Numbered from the stretch's first letter, positions 26,289 through 36,599 are shown. The stretch is DNA of 36,857 nt from a virus (IMGVR_UViG_2690316068_000008:1-36857); one strand, 5' to 3'. The notes: a model not told the origin generated them from the sequence alone. Program-made: numbers and translations.

Positions 26289-26722
26289 TGAGTTATTTTT
26301 ACAGTCCATCAAGAAATGCATTTTATAACAGTGAACTGAAATCTGATTATTACGATGCTCTCGATGCGTGGCCGGATGACTGTATTGAGGTAAGTGATGC
26401 AGTCTATCAGGAGTTTTATCTTGGTTATCGGGAAGGGTACAAAATGGTTGCAGGCACTGATAACCAGCCATCATGGGAAGAACGTCCACCATTGACCCAT
26501 GAGGAACAGGTGGAACAGGCAGAAATGATGAAACAGATGCGCATTAATGAGGCTAACAACCTGATTAATGAAAAACAATGGCCATCAAAATTACAGCTTG
26601 GCAGGCTGAACGAAATGGAGACAACCAGATTTAATGCGATGCTGGATTATCTTGAGTTACTTGAAAATATTAATGTAAGTGATGCCCCGGATATAGTCTG
26701 GCCTTTATCACCAGAAGTCTGA
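26288..26722 (+). CDS. G: Tail fibre assembly chaperone gpG-like
   Basis: ATG at 26288 overlapping the H stop; 144 aa, immediately downstream of H. Confidence 0.6.
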   Translation: MSYFYSPSRNAFYNSELKSDYYDALDAWPDDCIEVSDAVYQEFYLGYREGYKMVAGTDNQPSWEERPPLTHEEQVEQAEMMKQMRINEANNLINEKQWPSKLQLGRLNEMETTRFNAMLDYLELLENINVSDAPDIVWPLSPEV

Positions 26723-26726
26723 ATAC

Positions 26727-26746
26727 ATCCCCGCGTCTTCGGGGAT
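26727..26746 (+). terminator. Stem-loop after G (ATCCCCG-cgtctt-CGGGGAT), candidate terminator
   Basis: 7-bp GC-rich inverted repeat just after the G stop, followed by a moderately T-rich stretch. Confidence 0.3.
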
Positions 26747-26761
26747 TCCTGTATCCGCCGT

Positions 26762-26779
26762 TGTGCCATTTTTCATACA
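26762..26779. promoter_or_regulatory. Ogr/Delta-type late-promoter activator site (TGT-N12-ACA) upstream of FI
   Basis: TGTgccatttttcatACA about 75 bp upstream of the FI start. Confidence 0.4.
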
Positions 26780-26854
26780 AACCACATAACGTGCATCCTG
26801 CTCGTATCAACCAGAACATAGGCAGACCCCCTCTACTACCGGAGAGACTGCCTT

Positions 26855-28027
26855 ATGGCTCAGGATTACCACCACGGGGTGCGCGTTGTTGAAGTCAACG
26901 AAGGCACCCGATCCATTACCACGGTGAGCACCGCCATCGTGGGTATGGTCTGCACGGGCGATGATGCCGATGCAAAAATGTTTCCTCTTAATAAACCCGT
27001 GCTGATCACTGATGTGCTGACTGCCAGCGGTAAAGCGGGTGAGTCCGGCACGCTGGCCCGTTCGCTGGATGCCATCGCTGACCAGGCAAAACCCGTGACC
27101 GTTGTTGTGCGTGTGCCGCAGGGGGAAACGGAAGAAGAAACCACGACCAATATCATCGGCGCAGTGACTGCTGAAGGTAAAAAAACTGGCATGAAAGCCC
27201 TGTTATCTGCCCAGTCACAGCTCGGGGTTAAACCGCGCATTCTCGGCGTGCCAGGTCATGATAACAAAGCCGTTGCTACTGAGTTGCTGAGCGTGGCGCA
27301 AAGCCTGCGTGGGTTTGCTTACCTGTCAGCGTATGGCTGCAAGACGGTGCAGGAGGCGCTCACTTACCGTGAAAACTTCAGCCAGCGCGAAGGAATGCTG
27401 ATCTGGCCTGACTTTACTGGCTGGGACACGGTGCTGAATGCCGAAGCAACGGCATATGCCACCGCTCGTGCGCTTGGTCTGCGCGCCAAAATTGACGAGC
27501 AGACCGGATGGCACAAAAGCCTGTCCAACGTGGGCGTGAACGGTGTCACCGGAATTTCTGCTGATGTGTTCTGGGATCTGCAGGACCCGGCAACAGATGC
27601 AGGTCTGCTTAACCAGAACGACGTCACCACGCTTATCCGCAAAGACGGTTTCCGCTTCTGGGGTTCCCGCTGTCTGAGCGATGATCCGCTCTTTGCCTTC
27701 GAAAACTACACCCGCACGGCGCAGGTGCTGACGGACACAATGGCAGAAGCGCATATGTGGGCGGTGGACAAACCGCTGAACCCGTCGCTGGCCCGCGACA
27801 TTATCGAAGGTATCCGCGCCAAAATGCGCAGCCTGGTCAGTCAGGGCTATCTCATTGGTGGTGATTGCTGGCTGGACGAGTCGGTGAATGACAAAGACAC
27901 ACTGAAAGCCGGAAAACTCACCATCGATTACGACTACACGCCAGTACCGCCACTTGAAAACCTGATGCTGCGTCAGCGCATCACCGATCAGTACCTGGTG
28001 AATTTCTCCAGCCAGGTAAGCGCGTAA
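26855..28027 (+). CDS. FI: Tail sheath protein gpFI
   Basis: 390 aa, first gene of the F operon. Size matches P2 FI. Confidence 0.85.
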   Translation: MAQDYHHGVRVVEVNEGTRSITTVSTAIVGMVCTGDDADAKMFPLNKPVLITDVLTASGKAGESGTLARSLDAIADQAKPVTVVVRVPQGETEEETTTNIIGAVTAEGKKTGMKALLSAQSQLGVKPRILGVPGHDNKAVATELLSVAQSLRGFAYLSAYGCKTVQEALTYRENFSQREGMLIWPDFTGWDTVLNAEATAYATARALGLRAKIDEQTGWHKSLSNVGVNGVTGISADVFWDLQDPATDAGLLNQNDVTTLIRKDGFRFWGSRCLSDDPLFAFENYTRTAQVLTDTMAEAHMWAVDKPLNPSLARDIIEGIRAKMRSLVSQGYLIGGDCWLDESVNDKDTLKAGKLTIDYDYTPVPPLENLMLRQRITDQYLVNFSSQVSA

Positions 28028-28036
28028 GGGGGCAAC

Positions 28037-28552
28037 ATGGCTTTACCACGTAAATTAAAACACCTGAACCTGTTTAATGACGGGAACAACTGGCAGGGGA
28101 TCGTTGAGTCGCTGACGCTGCCGAAATTCACCCGCAAATATGAGAAGTATCGCGGCGGCGGAATGCCTGGTGCAGTTGATGTGGATCTGGGGCTTGATGA
28201 CAGTGCGCTGGACACAGAATTTTCCATTGGTGGTACTGAACTGCTGCTGTTTAAGCAGATGGGCAAAGCTACGGTGGATGGCATCCAGTTGCGCTTTACC
28301 GGCTCTATCCAGCGTGACGATACCGGGGAAGTGCAGGCCGTGGAGCTTGTGGTGCGTGGACGTCACAAAGAAGTGGATTCCGGCGAGTGGAAGACGGGCG
28401 AAAGCAACACCACCAAAGTGACCAGTACCAACAGCTACGCGAAGCTGACCATCAATGGTGAGGTGCTCTATGAAGTGGACCTTATCAACATGGTGGAAAT
28501 TGTGAACGGTGTGGACCTGATGGAAGCGCACCGCAACGCCCTCGGCCTCTGA
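28037..28552 (+). CDS. FII: Tail tube protein gpFII
   Basis: 171 aa immediately after FI. Size matches P2 FII. Confidence 0.85.
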   Translation: MALPRKLKHLNLFNDGNNWQGIVESLTLPKFTRKYEKYRGGGMPGAVDVDLGLDDSALDTEFSIGGTELLLFKQMGKATVDGIQLRFTGSIQRDDTGEVQAVELVVRGRHKEVDSGEWKTGESNTTKVTSTNSYAKLTINGEVLYEVDLINMVEIVNGVDLMEAHRNALGL

Positions 28553-28606
28553 TGTATCTGAACGGCGCGGGATTCCGCGCCAGAACCCAATTTACAGGAC
28601 AGCAAA

Positions 28607-28909
28607 ATGAGCGATAAGCAGACTGAAAAGACCATTCAACTGGATACCCCCATTATGCGCGGTAAAACAGAAATTACCGAAATTGTGTTGCGTAAACCGC
28701 AGTCCGGTGCGCTGCGCGGCACACGCCTGCAGGCCATTATGGATATGGATGTGAATGCGATGATGACCGTGATCCCCCGCATCTCCAGTCCGGCACTGAC
28801 TGCACAGGAAATTGCAGAGATGGACCCGGCAGATCTCACTGCCATGTCGGTTGAGGTTGTCACTTTTTTGTTGAAGAAGTCGGTGCTTGCCGGTTTACCG
28901 ACAGCCTGA
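28607..28909 (+). CDS. E: Tail assembly chaperone gpE
   Basis: 100 aa upstream of the tape-measure gene. Contains slippery heptamer TTTTTTG near its 3' end. Confidence 0.8.
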   Translation: MSDKQTEKTIQLDTPIMRGKTEITEIVLRKPQSGALRGTRLQAIMDMDVNAMMTVIPRISSPALTAQEIAEMDPADLTAMSVEVVTFLLKKSVLAGLPTA

Positions 28910-29043
28910 CGGTTGACGATCTGGTGGCAGATATCGCCACCATCTTTCACTGGCCGCCATCCGTTACTGACGTTATGCCGCTGACCGAAGTGCTGGAATG
29001 GCGGTATAAAGCGATTCAGAGAAGCGGGGCCAACGATGAGTGA
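28607..29043 (+). CDS. E': gpE+E' frameshift product (-1 programmed frameshift at T TTT TTG, about 28864-28870)
   Basis: Slippery TTTTTTG in the E frame. The -1 frame stays open from 28870 to a TGA at 29041-29043, overlapping the T start. Confidence 0.55.
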
Positions 29044-32000
29044 TAATAACCTGCGCCTGCAGGTCATTCTTAATGCGGTTGACAAACTCACCCGCCCATT
29101 CCGTGCTGCACAGGCCAGTTCGAAAGAGCTGGCTGGCGCAATCAGAAACTCCCGTAACGCATTAAAGCAACTCAATCAGGCGGGTAACAGCCTGGAAAAA
29201 TTTCGCAAGCTGCAGGCAGATAACAAAAAGTTAGGCGACAGGCTGAACTATGCCAGACAGAAGGCAAATTTGCTTAGTTCTGAGCTGGAAGCGATGGAAC
29301 AACCATCACAACGGCACCTTGTGGCTTTAGGTCGGCAAACGCTGGCAGTCCAACGCCTGGAAGAACAACAAAAATATTTGCAGAAGCAAACGGCGCTTGT
29401 GCGTGCAGAACTGTACCGGGCGGGAATTTCTGCGAAAGATGATGCGGGAGCAACTGCCCGTTTAGCCCGTGAAACATCACGTTATAACCAGGAACTTTCG
29501 AAACAGGAGGCACGGCTGAAGCGACTGGGGGAAGCTCAGCGCAGGATGAATGCGGCGCGTGCCAGTTATGCCCGTTCACTGGAGGTGCGTGATCGTATTG
29601 CAGGTGCCGGAGCCACCACCACGGCTGCAGGGCTGGCAATGGGTGCGCCAGTGATGGCAGCAGTAAAAAGCTATACCAGCATGGAAGATGCCATGAAAGG
29701 TGTGGCAAAGCAGGTCAATGGTCTGCGTGACGATAATGGCAACCGCACTGCACGTTTTTATGAAATGCAGGATGCCATCAAGGCTGCCAGCGAACAGCTG
29801 CCGATGGAAAACGGTGCGGTGGACTTCGCTGCACTGGTTGAAGGTGGGGCGCGCATGAACGTCGCAAACCCTGACGACAGCTGGGAAGACCAGAAACGTG
29901 ATCTGCTGGCCTTCGCCAGCACGGCAGCAAAGGCGGCAACAGCCTTTGAGCTGCCAGCGGATGAACTGTCAGAAAGTCTGGGGAAAATCGCCCAGCTCTA
30001 CAAAATCCCTACCCGCAATATTGAACAGCTCGGTGATGCGCTGAACTATCTGGATGATAACGCCATGTCGAAAGGGGCAGACATCATTGATGTCATGCAA
30101 CGCCTGGGCGGTGTGGCTGATCGTCTGGATTATCGTAAAGCGGCGGCACTGGGTTCCACCTTTCTGACACTGGGCGCTGCGCCGGAGGTTGCAGCCAGTG
30201 CAGCAAACGCGATGGTGCGTGAATTGTCCATTGCCACCATGCAAAGCAAGAGTTTCTTTGAAGGGATGAATCTGCTGAAACTCAATCCTGAAGTGATTGA
30301 AAAGCAGATGACGAAGGATGCGATGGGAACTATCCAGCGTGTGCTGGAGAAGGTGAACGCACTGCCGCAGGACAAGCGTCTGTCTGCCATGACCATGTTG
30401 TTTGGTAAAGAGTTTGGCGATGACGCGGCGAAACTGGCAAACAACCTGCCGGAACTACAGCGCCAGCTAAAACTGACTGCGGGCAATGATGCGCTCGGTT
30501 CCATGCAGAAAGAATCCGACATCAACAAAGACTCACTTTCTGCTCAGTGGTTGCTGGTCAAAACCGGAGCGCAGAACACCTTCAGCAGCCTGGGCGAAAC
30601 GCTGCGCCAGCCGCTGATGGATATTCTGTACACGGTGAAAAGCGTCACGGGGGCGTTGCGCCGCTGGGTGGAAGCTAACCCGGAACTGACGGGCACACTG
30701 ATGAAAGTAGCAGCGGTTGTGGCTGCGGTGACAGTGGGCCTCGGCACCTTAGCGGTGGCGCTGGCTGCAGTGCTGGGGCCGCTGGCAGTCATCCGTCTGG
30801 GATTCTCTGTGCTGGGTATCAAAACGTTACCTTCCGTTACGGCAGCAGTAACTCGAACCAGCAAAGCGTTGTCCTGGCTGGCTGGCGCACCACTGGCACT
30901 GCTGCGACGCGGGCTTGCTTCATCGGGCAACGCCGCAGGTTTACTTACTGCGCCGTTGTCGTCTTTGCGCCGCACGGCATCACTGACGGGAAATGTCCTG
31001 AAAACTGTAGCAGGTGCGCCAGTTGCACTTTTGCGGTCTGGATTATCCGGTTTACGTGCTGTTGCTGTGATGTTTATGAATCCTCTGGCGGTACTGCGCG
31101 GTGGACTGACCGCCGCAGGTACGGTGCTGCGAGTACTGGCATCTGGTCCACTGGCGATGCTGCGCGTTGCCCTGTATGCCATATCTGGTCTGTTAGGTGC
31201 TCTGCTCAGTCCGATAGGTCTTGTGGTTACTGCACTGGCAGGCGTGGCGCTGGTTGTCTGGAAATACTGGCAACCCATCATCGCATTTCTCGGTGGCGTG
31301 GTGGAAGGATTCAAAGCGGCGGCAGGTCCCGTCAGTGCAGCATTCGAACCACTTAAGCCTGTGTTTCAGTGGATTGGCGACAAAGTGCAGGCGCTGTGGG
31401 GCTGGTTTACTGATCTGCTGACACCCGTTAAGTCGACCTCTGCCGAACTGCAGAGCGCAGCGGCAATGGGGCGGAGATTCGGGGAGGCACTGGCGGAAGG
31501 GCTGAATATGGTCATGCATCCGCTGGACTCCCTGAAATCCGGTGTTTCCTGGTTGCTGGATAAACTCGGCATTGTCAGTAAAGAGGCTGCAAAGGCGAAA
31601 CTGCCGGAAAGCGTGACGCGTCAGCAACCTGCGACGGTGAATGCAGACGGTAAAGTGATGATGCCATCGGGTGGTTTTCCGTCATGGGGATATGGCTTTG
31701 CGGGGATGTATGACAGCGGCGGGTATATCCCGCGCGGGCAGTTTGGCATTGTCGGTGAAAACGGGCCTGAAATTGTCAACGGCCCGGCAAACGTGACCAG
31801 CCGGAGAAATACCGCTGCACTGGCTGCGGTTGTCGCCGGAATGATGGGCGTTGCTGCCGCGCCAGCAGAGCTTCCACCGTTGCATCCTTTGGCGCTTCCC
31901 GCGAAAGGCGGTGAAGCGATGGTGAGTCGCGCAGTCACTGTGCCGCCCGTTTACCAGATTGAGGCACCAACGCAGATCATCATCCAGACGCAGCCAGGAC

Positions 32001-32113
32001 AAAGTGCGCAGGATATTGCACGGGAGGTGGCCCGCCAGCTTGATGAACGTGAACGCAGGCTGAAGGCAAAAGCCAGGAGTAACTACAGCGATCAGGGGGG
32101 ATACGACGCATGA
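29036..32113 (+). CDS. T: Tail tape measure protein gpT
   Basis: 1025 aa, coiled-coil-rich N-terminal half, repeated A/L/G-rich segments in the middle. Position after E/E'. Confidence 0.85.
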   Translation: MSDNNLRLQVILNAVDKLTRPFRAAQASSKELAGAIRNSRNALKQLNQAGNSLEKFRKLQADNKKLGDRLNYARQKANLLSSELEAMEQPSQRHLVALGRQTLAVQRLEEQQKYLQKQTALVRAELYRAGISAKDDAGATARLARETSRYNQELSKQEARLKRLGEAQRRMNAARASYARSLEVRDRIAGAGATTTAAGLAMGAPVMAAVKSYTSMEDAMKGVAKQVNGLRDDNGNRTARFYEMQDAIKAASEQLPMENGAVDFAALVEGGARMNVANPDDSWEDQKRDLLAFASTAAKAATAFELPADELSESLGKIAQLYKIPTRNIEQLGDALNYLDDNAMSKGADIIDVMQRLGGVADRLDYRKAAALGSTFLTLGAAPEVAASAANAMVRELSIATMQSKSFFEGMNLLKLNPEVIEKQMTKDAMGTIQRVLEKVNALPQDKRLSAMTMLFGKEFGDDAAKLANNLPELQRQLKLTAGNDALGSMQKESDINKDSLSAQWLLVKTGAQNTFSSLGETLRQPLMDILYTVKSVTGALRRWVEANPELTGTLMKVAAVVAAVTVGLGTLAVALAAVLGPLAVIRLGFSVLGIKTLPSVTAAVTRTSKALSWLAGAPLALLRRGLASSGNAAGLLTAPLSSLRRTASLTGNVLKTVAGAPVALLRSGLSGLRAVAVMFMNPLAVLRGGLTAAGTVLRVLASGPLAMLRVALYAISGLLGALLSPIGLVVTALAGVALVVWKYWQPIIAFLGGVVEGFKAAAGPVSAAFEPLKPVFQWIGDKVQALWGWFTDLLTPVKSTSAELQSAAAMGRRFGEALAEGLNMVMHPLDSLKSGVSWLLDKLGIVSKEAAKAKLPESVTRQQPATVNADGKVMMPSGGFPSWGYGFAGMYDSGGYIPRGQFGIVGENGPEIVNGPANVTSRRNTAALAAVVAGMMGVAAAPAELPPLHPLALPAKGGEAMVSRAVTVPPVYQIEAPTQIIIQTQPGQSAQDIAREVARQLDERERRLKAKARSNYSDQGGYDA

Positions 32114-32595
32114 TGATGGTGCTGGGATTGTACGTGTTTATGCTGCGCACCGTACCGTATCAGGAGCTGCAGTATCAACGCAGCTGGCGACATGCGGCAA
32201 ACAGTCGGGTAAATCGTCGTCCGTCCACGCAGTTTCTGGGACCGGACAACGACATGCTGACGCTTTCTGGTGTTCTTATGCCGGAGATAACAGGCGGCAG
32301 GCTGTCGTTGCTGGCACTGGAGCAGATGGCAGAACAGGGGAAAGCATGGCCCCTGATTGAAGGCAGCGGCACGATTTATGGCATGTATGTGATTGAGGGA
32401 CTGAATCAGACTAAAACGGAGTTTTTTCGCGATGGTATGCCGCGCCGGATTGAGTTCACCCTGTTGCTCAAACGGGTGGATGAATCCCTGTCCGATATGT
32501 TCGGTGATCTCAGTGCGCAGCTGAATAATCTGCAGGATACGGCAACGTCTGCATTAAGCGATATCAGTAAAACTGTGGGAGGGCTGCTGTCGTGA
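32110..32595 (+). CDS. U: Tail protein gpU
   Basis: 161 aa, overlapping the T stop. Size matches P2 U. Confidence 0.8.
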   Translation: MMMVLGLYVFMLRTVPYQELQYQRSWRHAANSRVNRRPSTQFLGPDNDMLTLSGVLMPEITGGRLSLLALEQMAEQGKAWPLIEGSGTIYGMYVIEGLNQTKTEFFRDGMPRRIEFTLLLKRVDESLSDMFGDLSAQLNNLQDTATSALSDISKTVGGLLS

Positions 32596-33692
32596 ATTTC
32601 AGTTCTGAACTGCTTAACAAAGGCAACAAAACTCCGGCATTCAGCATCAGTATTGAAGGGAGGGATATCACCACTGTGCTGGACAACCGCCTGATGGGGC
32701 TGACGCTGACGGATAACCGGAGCTTTGAAGCAGACCAGCTTGATCTGGAGCTGGACGACGCCGACGGAAAAATCGTGCTGCCGCGCCGTGGTGCGGTCAT
32801 TACGCTGGCGCTGGGCTGGAAGGGGCAGCCGCTTTTCCCGAAAGGGGCATTCACGGTGGACGAGATTGAACACACTGGCGCACCGGACCGCCTGACCATC
32901 CGGGCGCGAAGTGCTGATTTTCGGGAAACGCTGAATACCCGCCGTGAAAAATCGTGGCACAAGACCACGGTCGGGGAAGTGGTGAAGGAAATAGCTGCGC
33001 GTCACAAACTGAAGATGGCACTGGGTAAAGACCTGTCGGATAAACCCGTGGATCATATAGACCAGACTAATGAGAGTGACAGCAGTTTTCTGATGCGGCT
33101 GGCGCGCCAGTACGGTGCTATTGCGTCGGTGAAAAATGGCAATCTGTTATTCATCCGGCAGGGACAGGGTAAAAGTGCCAGCGGTAAACCACTGCCGGTG
33201 ATCACTATCACACGCAAGGACGGCGACAGTCACCGATTTACCCTGGCAGATCGCGGAGCCTATACGGGCGTAATTGCCAGTTGGTTGCATACCCGCGAAC
33301 CTGCGAAGAAAGAAAGCACCACGGTGAAGCGTAAGCGCAGGACCGCAAAGCAGAAGAAAGAGCCGGAAGCGAAGCAGGGCGATTACCTGGTGGGTACGGA
33401 TGAAAACGTGCTGGTACTTAATCGCACTTATGCCAACCGAAGCAACGCTGAACGGGCAGCGAAAATGCAGTGGGAACGCCTGCAACGCGGCGTTGCGTCA
33501 TTCTCGCTACAACTGGCGGAAGGTCGGGCAGATCTCTACACGGAAATGCCAGTGAAAGTCAGTGGCTTTAAACAGCCGATAGATGATGCGGAATGGACCA
33601 TTACGACTCTGACGCATACCGTCAGCCCGGATAACGGTTTTACGACCAGTCTGGAGCTTGAAGTGAGGATTGATGATTTCGAAATGGAATGA
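32592..33692 (+). CDS. D: Tail protein gpD (late control gene D family)
   Basis: 366 aa, overlapping the U stop. Position as for P2 D. Confidence 0.8.
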   Translation: MNFSSELLNKGNKTPAFSISIEGRDITTVLDNRLMGLTLTDNRSFEADQLDLELDDADGKIVLPRRGAVITLALGWKGQPLFPKGAFTVDEIEHTGAPDRLTIRARSADFRETLNTRREKSWHKTTVGEVVKEIAARHKLKMALGKDLSDKPVDHIDQTNESDSSFLMRLARQYGAIASVKNGNLLFIRQGQGKSASGKPLPVITITRKDGDSHRFTLADRGAYTGVIASWLHTREPAKKESTTVKRKRRTAKQKKEPEAKQGDYLVGTDENVLVLNRTYANRSNAERAAKMQWERLQRGVASFSLQLAEGRADLYTEMPVKVSGFKQPIDDAEWTITTLTHTVSPDNGFTTSLELEVRIDDFEME

Positions 33693-33782
33693 TTCTTCGC
33701 AATGGAGAACTTTTAAGTTTGCAAAATGGAATAATGCGGTATCATTATTGTGAATTTAGCAAAAATGGGGAGAACTCGAAAA

Positions 33783-34001
33783 ATGATGATTTGCCCACTG
33801 TGTGGAAGTGCCGCCCATACTCGCAGCAGTTTTCAGGTATCTTCATTGACCAAAGAGCGTTACAACCAGTGCCAGAACATTAACTGCAGCCATACTTTTG
33901 TTACCCATGAAACTTTTGTTCGTTCGATTGCAACGCCAAAAGAGTCAAATCCGGTTCAGCCGCATCCAATGAAATCAGGACAGGTGGCGCTCTCTCTTTG
34001 A
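33783..34001 (+). CDS. ogr: Late gene activator Ogr/Delta zinc-finger protein
   Basis: ATG at 33783 gives MMICPLCGSAAHTRSS...YNQCQNINCSHTF, with the CxxC...CxxxxC arrangement. Length 72 aa. Confidence 0.8.
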   Translation: MMICPLCGSAAHTRSSFQVSSLTKERYNQCQNINCSHTFVTHETFVRSIATPKESNPVQPHPMKSGQVALSL

Positions 34002-34080
34002 CGCTGCCGCCATTTTGCCGCCATCGTTAAAAAACAGTGCTTCTAACATCATGATTTTAAACAGCATAAATTTAAGGCAA

Positions 34081-34124
34081 CAAAAAACCCATCAACCTTG
34101 AACCGAAATGGCGGGGTTGATGGG
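34081..34124 (-). terminator. Inverted repeat (CCCATCAACC...GGTTGATGGG) with T-run on the minus strand; candidate terminator downstream of ybjL and/or part of the attR region
   Basis: 10-bp perfect inverted repeat separated by 17 nt, adjacent to an A7 run on the plus strand (T7 on minus). Confidence 0.3.
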
Positions 34125-34237
34125 CTCCACAAAATGGGGACATCAAAGAAAAGCAGTGGCACTAATTAAGACTGATGCCCTGCGGAAAAGTTCTGCGGTT
34201 GTGCAAAAAAAATTTCATTTTCAGGGCAACTTCAGTT

Positions 34238-35923
34238 TTATCCTAATCCTGGCCATACCATGACGATGATTGTCCCTGCCAGCGTCAGCAGGACGTTGGC
34301 GATTGCATAGGTGCCCGCATAGCCCAGCGCCGGGATGTTACTGCGAGCTGTATCACTGATGATCTCCATTGCCGGCGCGCAGGTGCGTGCGCCCATCATT
34401 GCGCCGAACAACAGTGCGCGGTTCATTCGCAATACATAAGCACCGAACAAGAAACAGATAACCACTGGCACAAGACTGACAATCAATCCGGCAATCAACA
34501 TCTGACCGCCAATCGCGCCCAGGCCGTTATTAATACCGCTACCGGCGCTCAGACCAACGCCTGCCATAAACACCATTAAGCCGAACTCTTTCACCATGCT
34601 TAATGCACCCTGCGGAATGTAACCGAAGGTCGGGTGGTTAGCGCGCATAAAGCCCAGCATAATTCCGGCGAATAACAACCCGGCAGCGTTCCCCATGCCG
34701 AAACTGAATGTGCTGAACTGGAAGGTGATCATCCCGATCATCAGCCCAATAACAAAGAAGGCGCAGAATGCCAGCAAGTCAGTGACCTGGCTGTGAATCG
34801 AGATAAAGCCGATGCGATCGGCGATGGTTTTTACGCGACGGGCATCGCCGCTGACTTGTAAAACGTCACCTTTGTTAAGCACGACGTTGTCATCTATCGG
34901 CATCTCAATCTGGCTACGAATGACGCGGTTAAGGAAGCAACCGTGATCGGTCAACTTCAGTTGTGCGAGACGTTTGCCCACGGCGTTATGGTTTTTAACG
35001 ACCACTTCTTCAGTGACGATACGCATGTCGAGAAGGTCACGATCGAAAACTTCTTTGCCGTTACGGAAGCTGGGATCGAGTCGTGCGTGGGCGTCGGGAT
35101 AGCCTACCAACGCTATTTCATCTCCCATTTGTAGCACAGCATCACCGTCTGGATTCGCCAGAATCCCGTTACGTCGAATACGTTCAATGTAGCAGCCAGT
35201 TTGTCGATAAATACCCAGTTCACGCAGATTTTTGCCGTCGGTCCAGGCCACCAGCTCCGGGCCGACGCGGTAGGCGCGGATCACCGGTAAATAAACCTTA
35301 CGGTTGGCATCAGTGTCCAGGCCACGTTCGCGGGCGATTTGCTGGGCGCTGGTCTGTAAGTCCTGATGCTGCAATTTCGGCAAGTAACGCGCACCAACAA
35401 TCAAACTCACCAGACCGATTAAATAGGTTAAGGCATACCCGAGGCTCAGATTATCCAGTGCCAGTGAGAGCTGCCTGCTTTCCATGCCGGAATGACGCAG
35501 TGTATCGCCAGCACCGACCAGAACCGGTGTCGACGTCATAGAGCCAGCTAACATACCGGCCGTCAGGCCAATATCCCAGCCAAACAGCTTACCTAACCCT
35601 AAGGCGATCACCAGCGCACTGCCAACCATCACCAGTGCTAACATTAGGTAATTTTTCCCATCGCGAAAAAAAATGGAAAAAAAGTTCGGTCCGGCTTCGA
35701 CCCCGACGCAGAAAATAAACAGCATAAAGCCAAGATTAAGCGCGTCGGTGTTAATGCTGAAATGTTGTTGGCCTAATAACAGCGATACGACTAAAACGCC
35801 AATGGAATTACCCAGTTGGATCGAACCAAGTCGTAATTTCCCGAGACATAGCCCAAGCGCGAGGACCACAAATAATAACAGAATGTAATTCCCATTTAAC
35901 AATTCGGCGACGTTTATATTCAC
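34238..35923 (-). CDS. ybjL: Putative transport protein YbjL (AAE-family membrane transporter with central TrkA-C/RCK-like region)
   Basis: 561-aa polytopic membrane protein whose N-terminus [39 protein letters not shown] matches E. coli YbjL as recalled. Confidence 0.8.
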
Positions 35924-36192
35924 GGAGGCTAACTTCTTGTTTACTAGTAAGCTGTTGAAAGAAATGGTAATTTACGATAATGTTTTTTACCAGAATTCAG
36001 GGCGCAGATTCATTCAGCGCACCTAAACGATAGTAAAGTAACAATATATTTTACTAGTGTAATCACATTAGGTATCAACGGCTATATGAATTGCGTTGGC
36101 CTATATTAGCATGGAATGCGAAGCGGCTTTATCTTACTGAACGCCACACTGGCGAAAAATGTGTTCGATAGACGCAGTGTCAGGAGGAACGA

Positions 36193-36570
36193 GTGAAACA
36201 TAAACAACGTTGGGCGGGGGCAATCTGCTGTTTTGTCCTCTTCATTGTGGTGTGTCTTTTTCTGGCGACGCACATGAAAGGCGCTTTTCGGGCTGCCGGG
36301 CATCCTGAAATCGGTTTGCTATTTTTCATTCTTCCTGGTGCAGTTGCCAGCTTCTTTTCACATCGTAGAGAAGTCCTGAAACCTCTGTTTGGCGCAATGC
36401 TGGCGGCACCCTGTTCGATGCTCATTATGCGGCTGTTTTTTTCACCGACGCGCTCATTCTGGCAAGAGCTGGCATGGTTATTAAGTGCGGTGTTCTGGTG
36501 TGCGCTGGGGGCATTGTGTTTCTTATTTATCAGTAGTTTGTTTAAACCACAGCACAGAAAAAATCAATAA
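36193..36570 (+). CDS. ybjM: Inner membrane protein YbjM
   Basis: 125-aa hydrophobic protein between ybjL and grxA, the conserved E. coli neighbourhood. Confidence 0.7.
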   Translation: MKHKQRWAGAICCFVLFIVVCLFLATHMKGAFRAAGHPEIGLLFFILPGAVASFFSHRREVLKPLFGAMLAAPCSMLIMRLFFSPTRSFWQELAWLLSAVFWCALGALCFLFISSLFKPQHRKNQ

Positions 36571-36592
36571 AGCCCTCAACGCGAGGGCTTGT
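36570..36592. terminator. Bidirectional terminator between convergent ybjM and grxA
   Basis: AGCCCTC-aacgc-GAGGGCT hairpin between the two stop codons. Confidence 0.5.
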
Positions 36593-36599
36593 CAGACGA

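Larger units (their letters stand above)
1..34237. mobile_element. P2/186-like prophage, int end to ogr/attR end; left boundary (attL) lies outside the window
   Basis: Colinear P2-family gene order from int through ogr, directly followed by host genes ybjL-ybjM-grxA. Right boundary is approximate (somewhere in 34002..34237). Confidence 0.85.

Noticed and set aside
26723-26854. Possible cargo gene between G and FI, the Z/fun position in P2
   Set aside because: Only about 130 bp of non-coding DNA with a hairpin and the FI late promoter element; no ORF.
28564-28581. GC-rich hairpin GGCGCGG-gatt-CCGCGCC between FII and E as a terminator
   Set aside because: Not followed by a T-run and located inside a co-transcribed late operon. 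It may be an RNA structure affecting E translation, but evidence is insufficient to call it a terminator.
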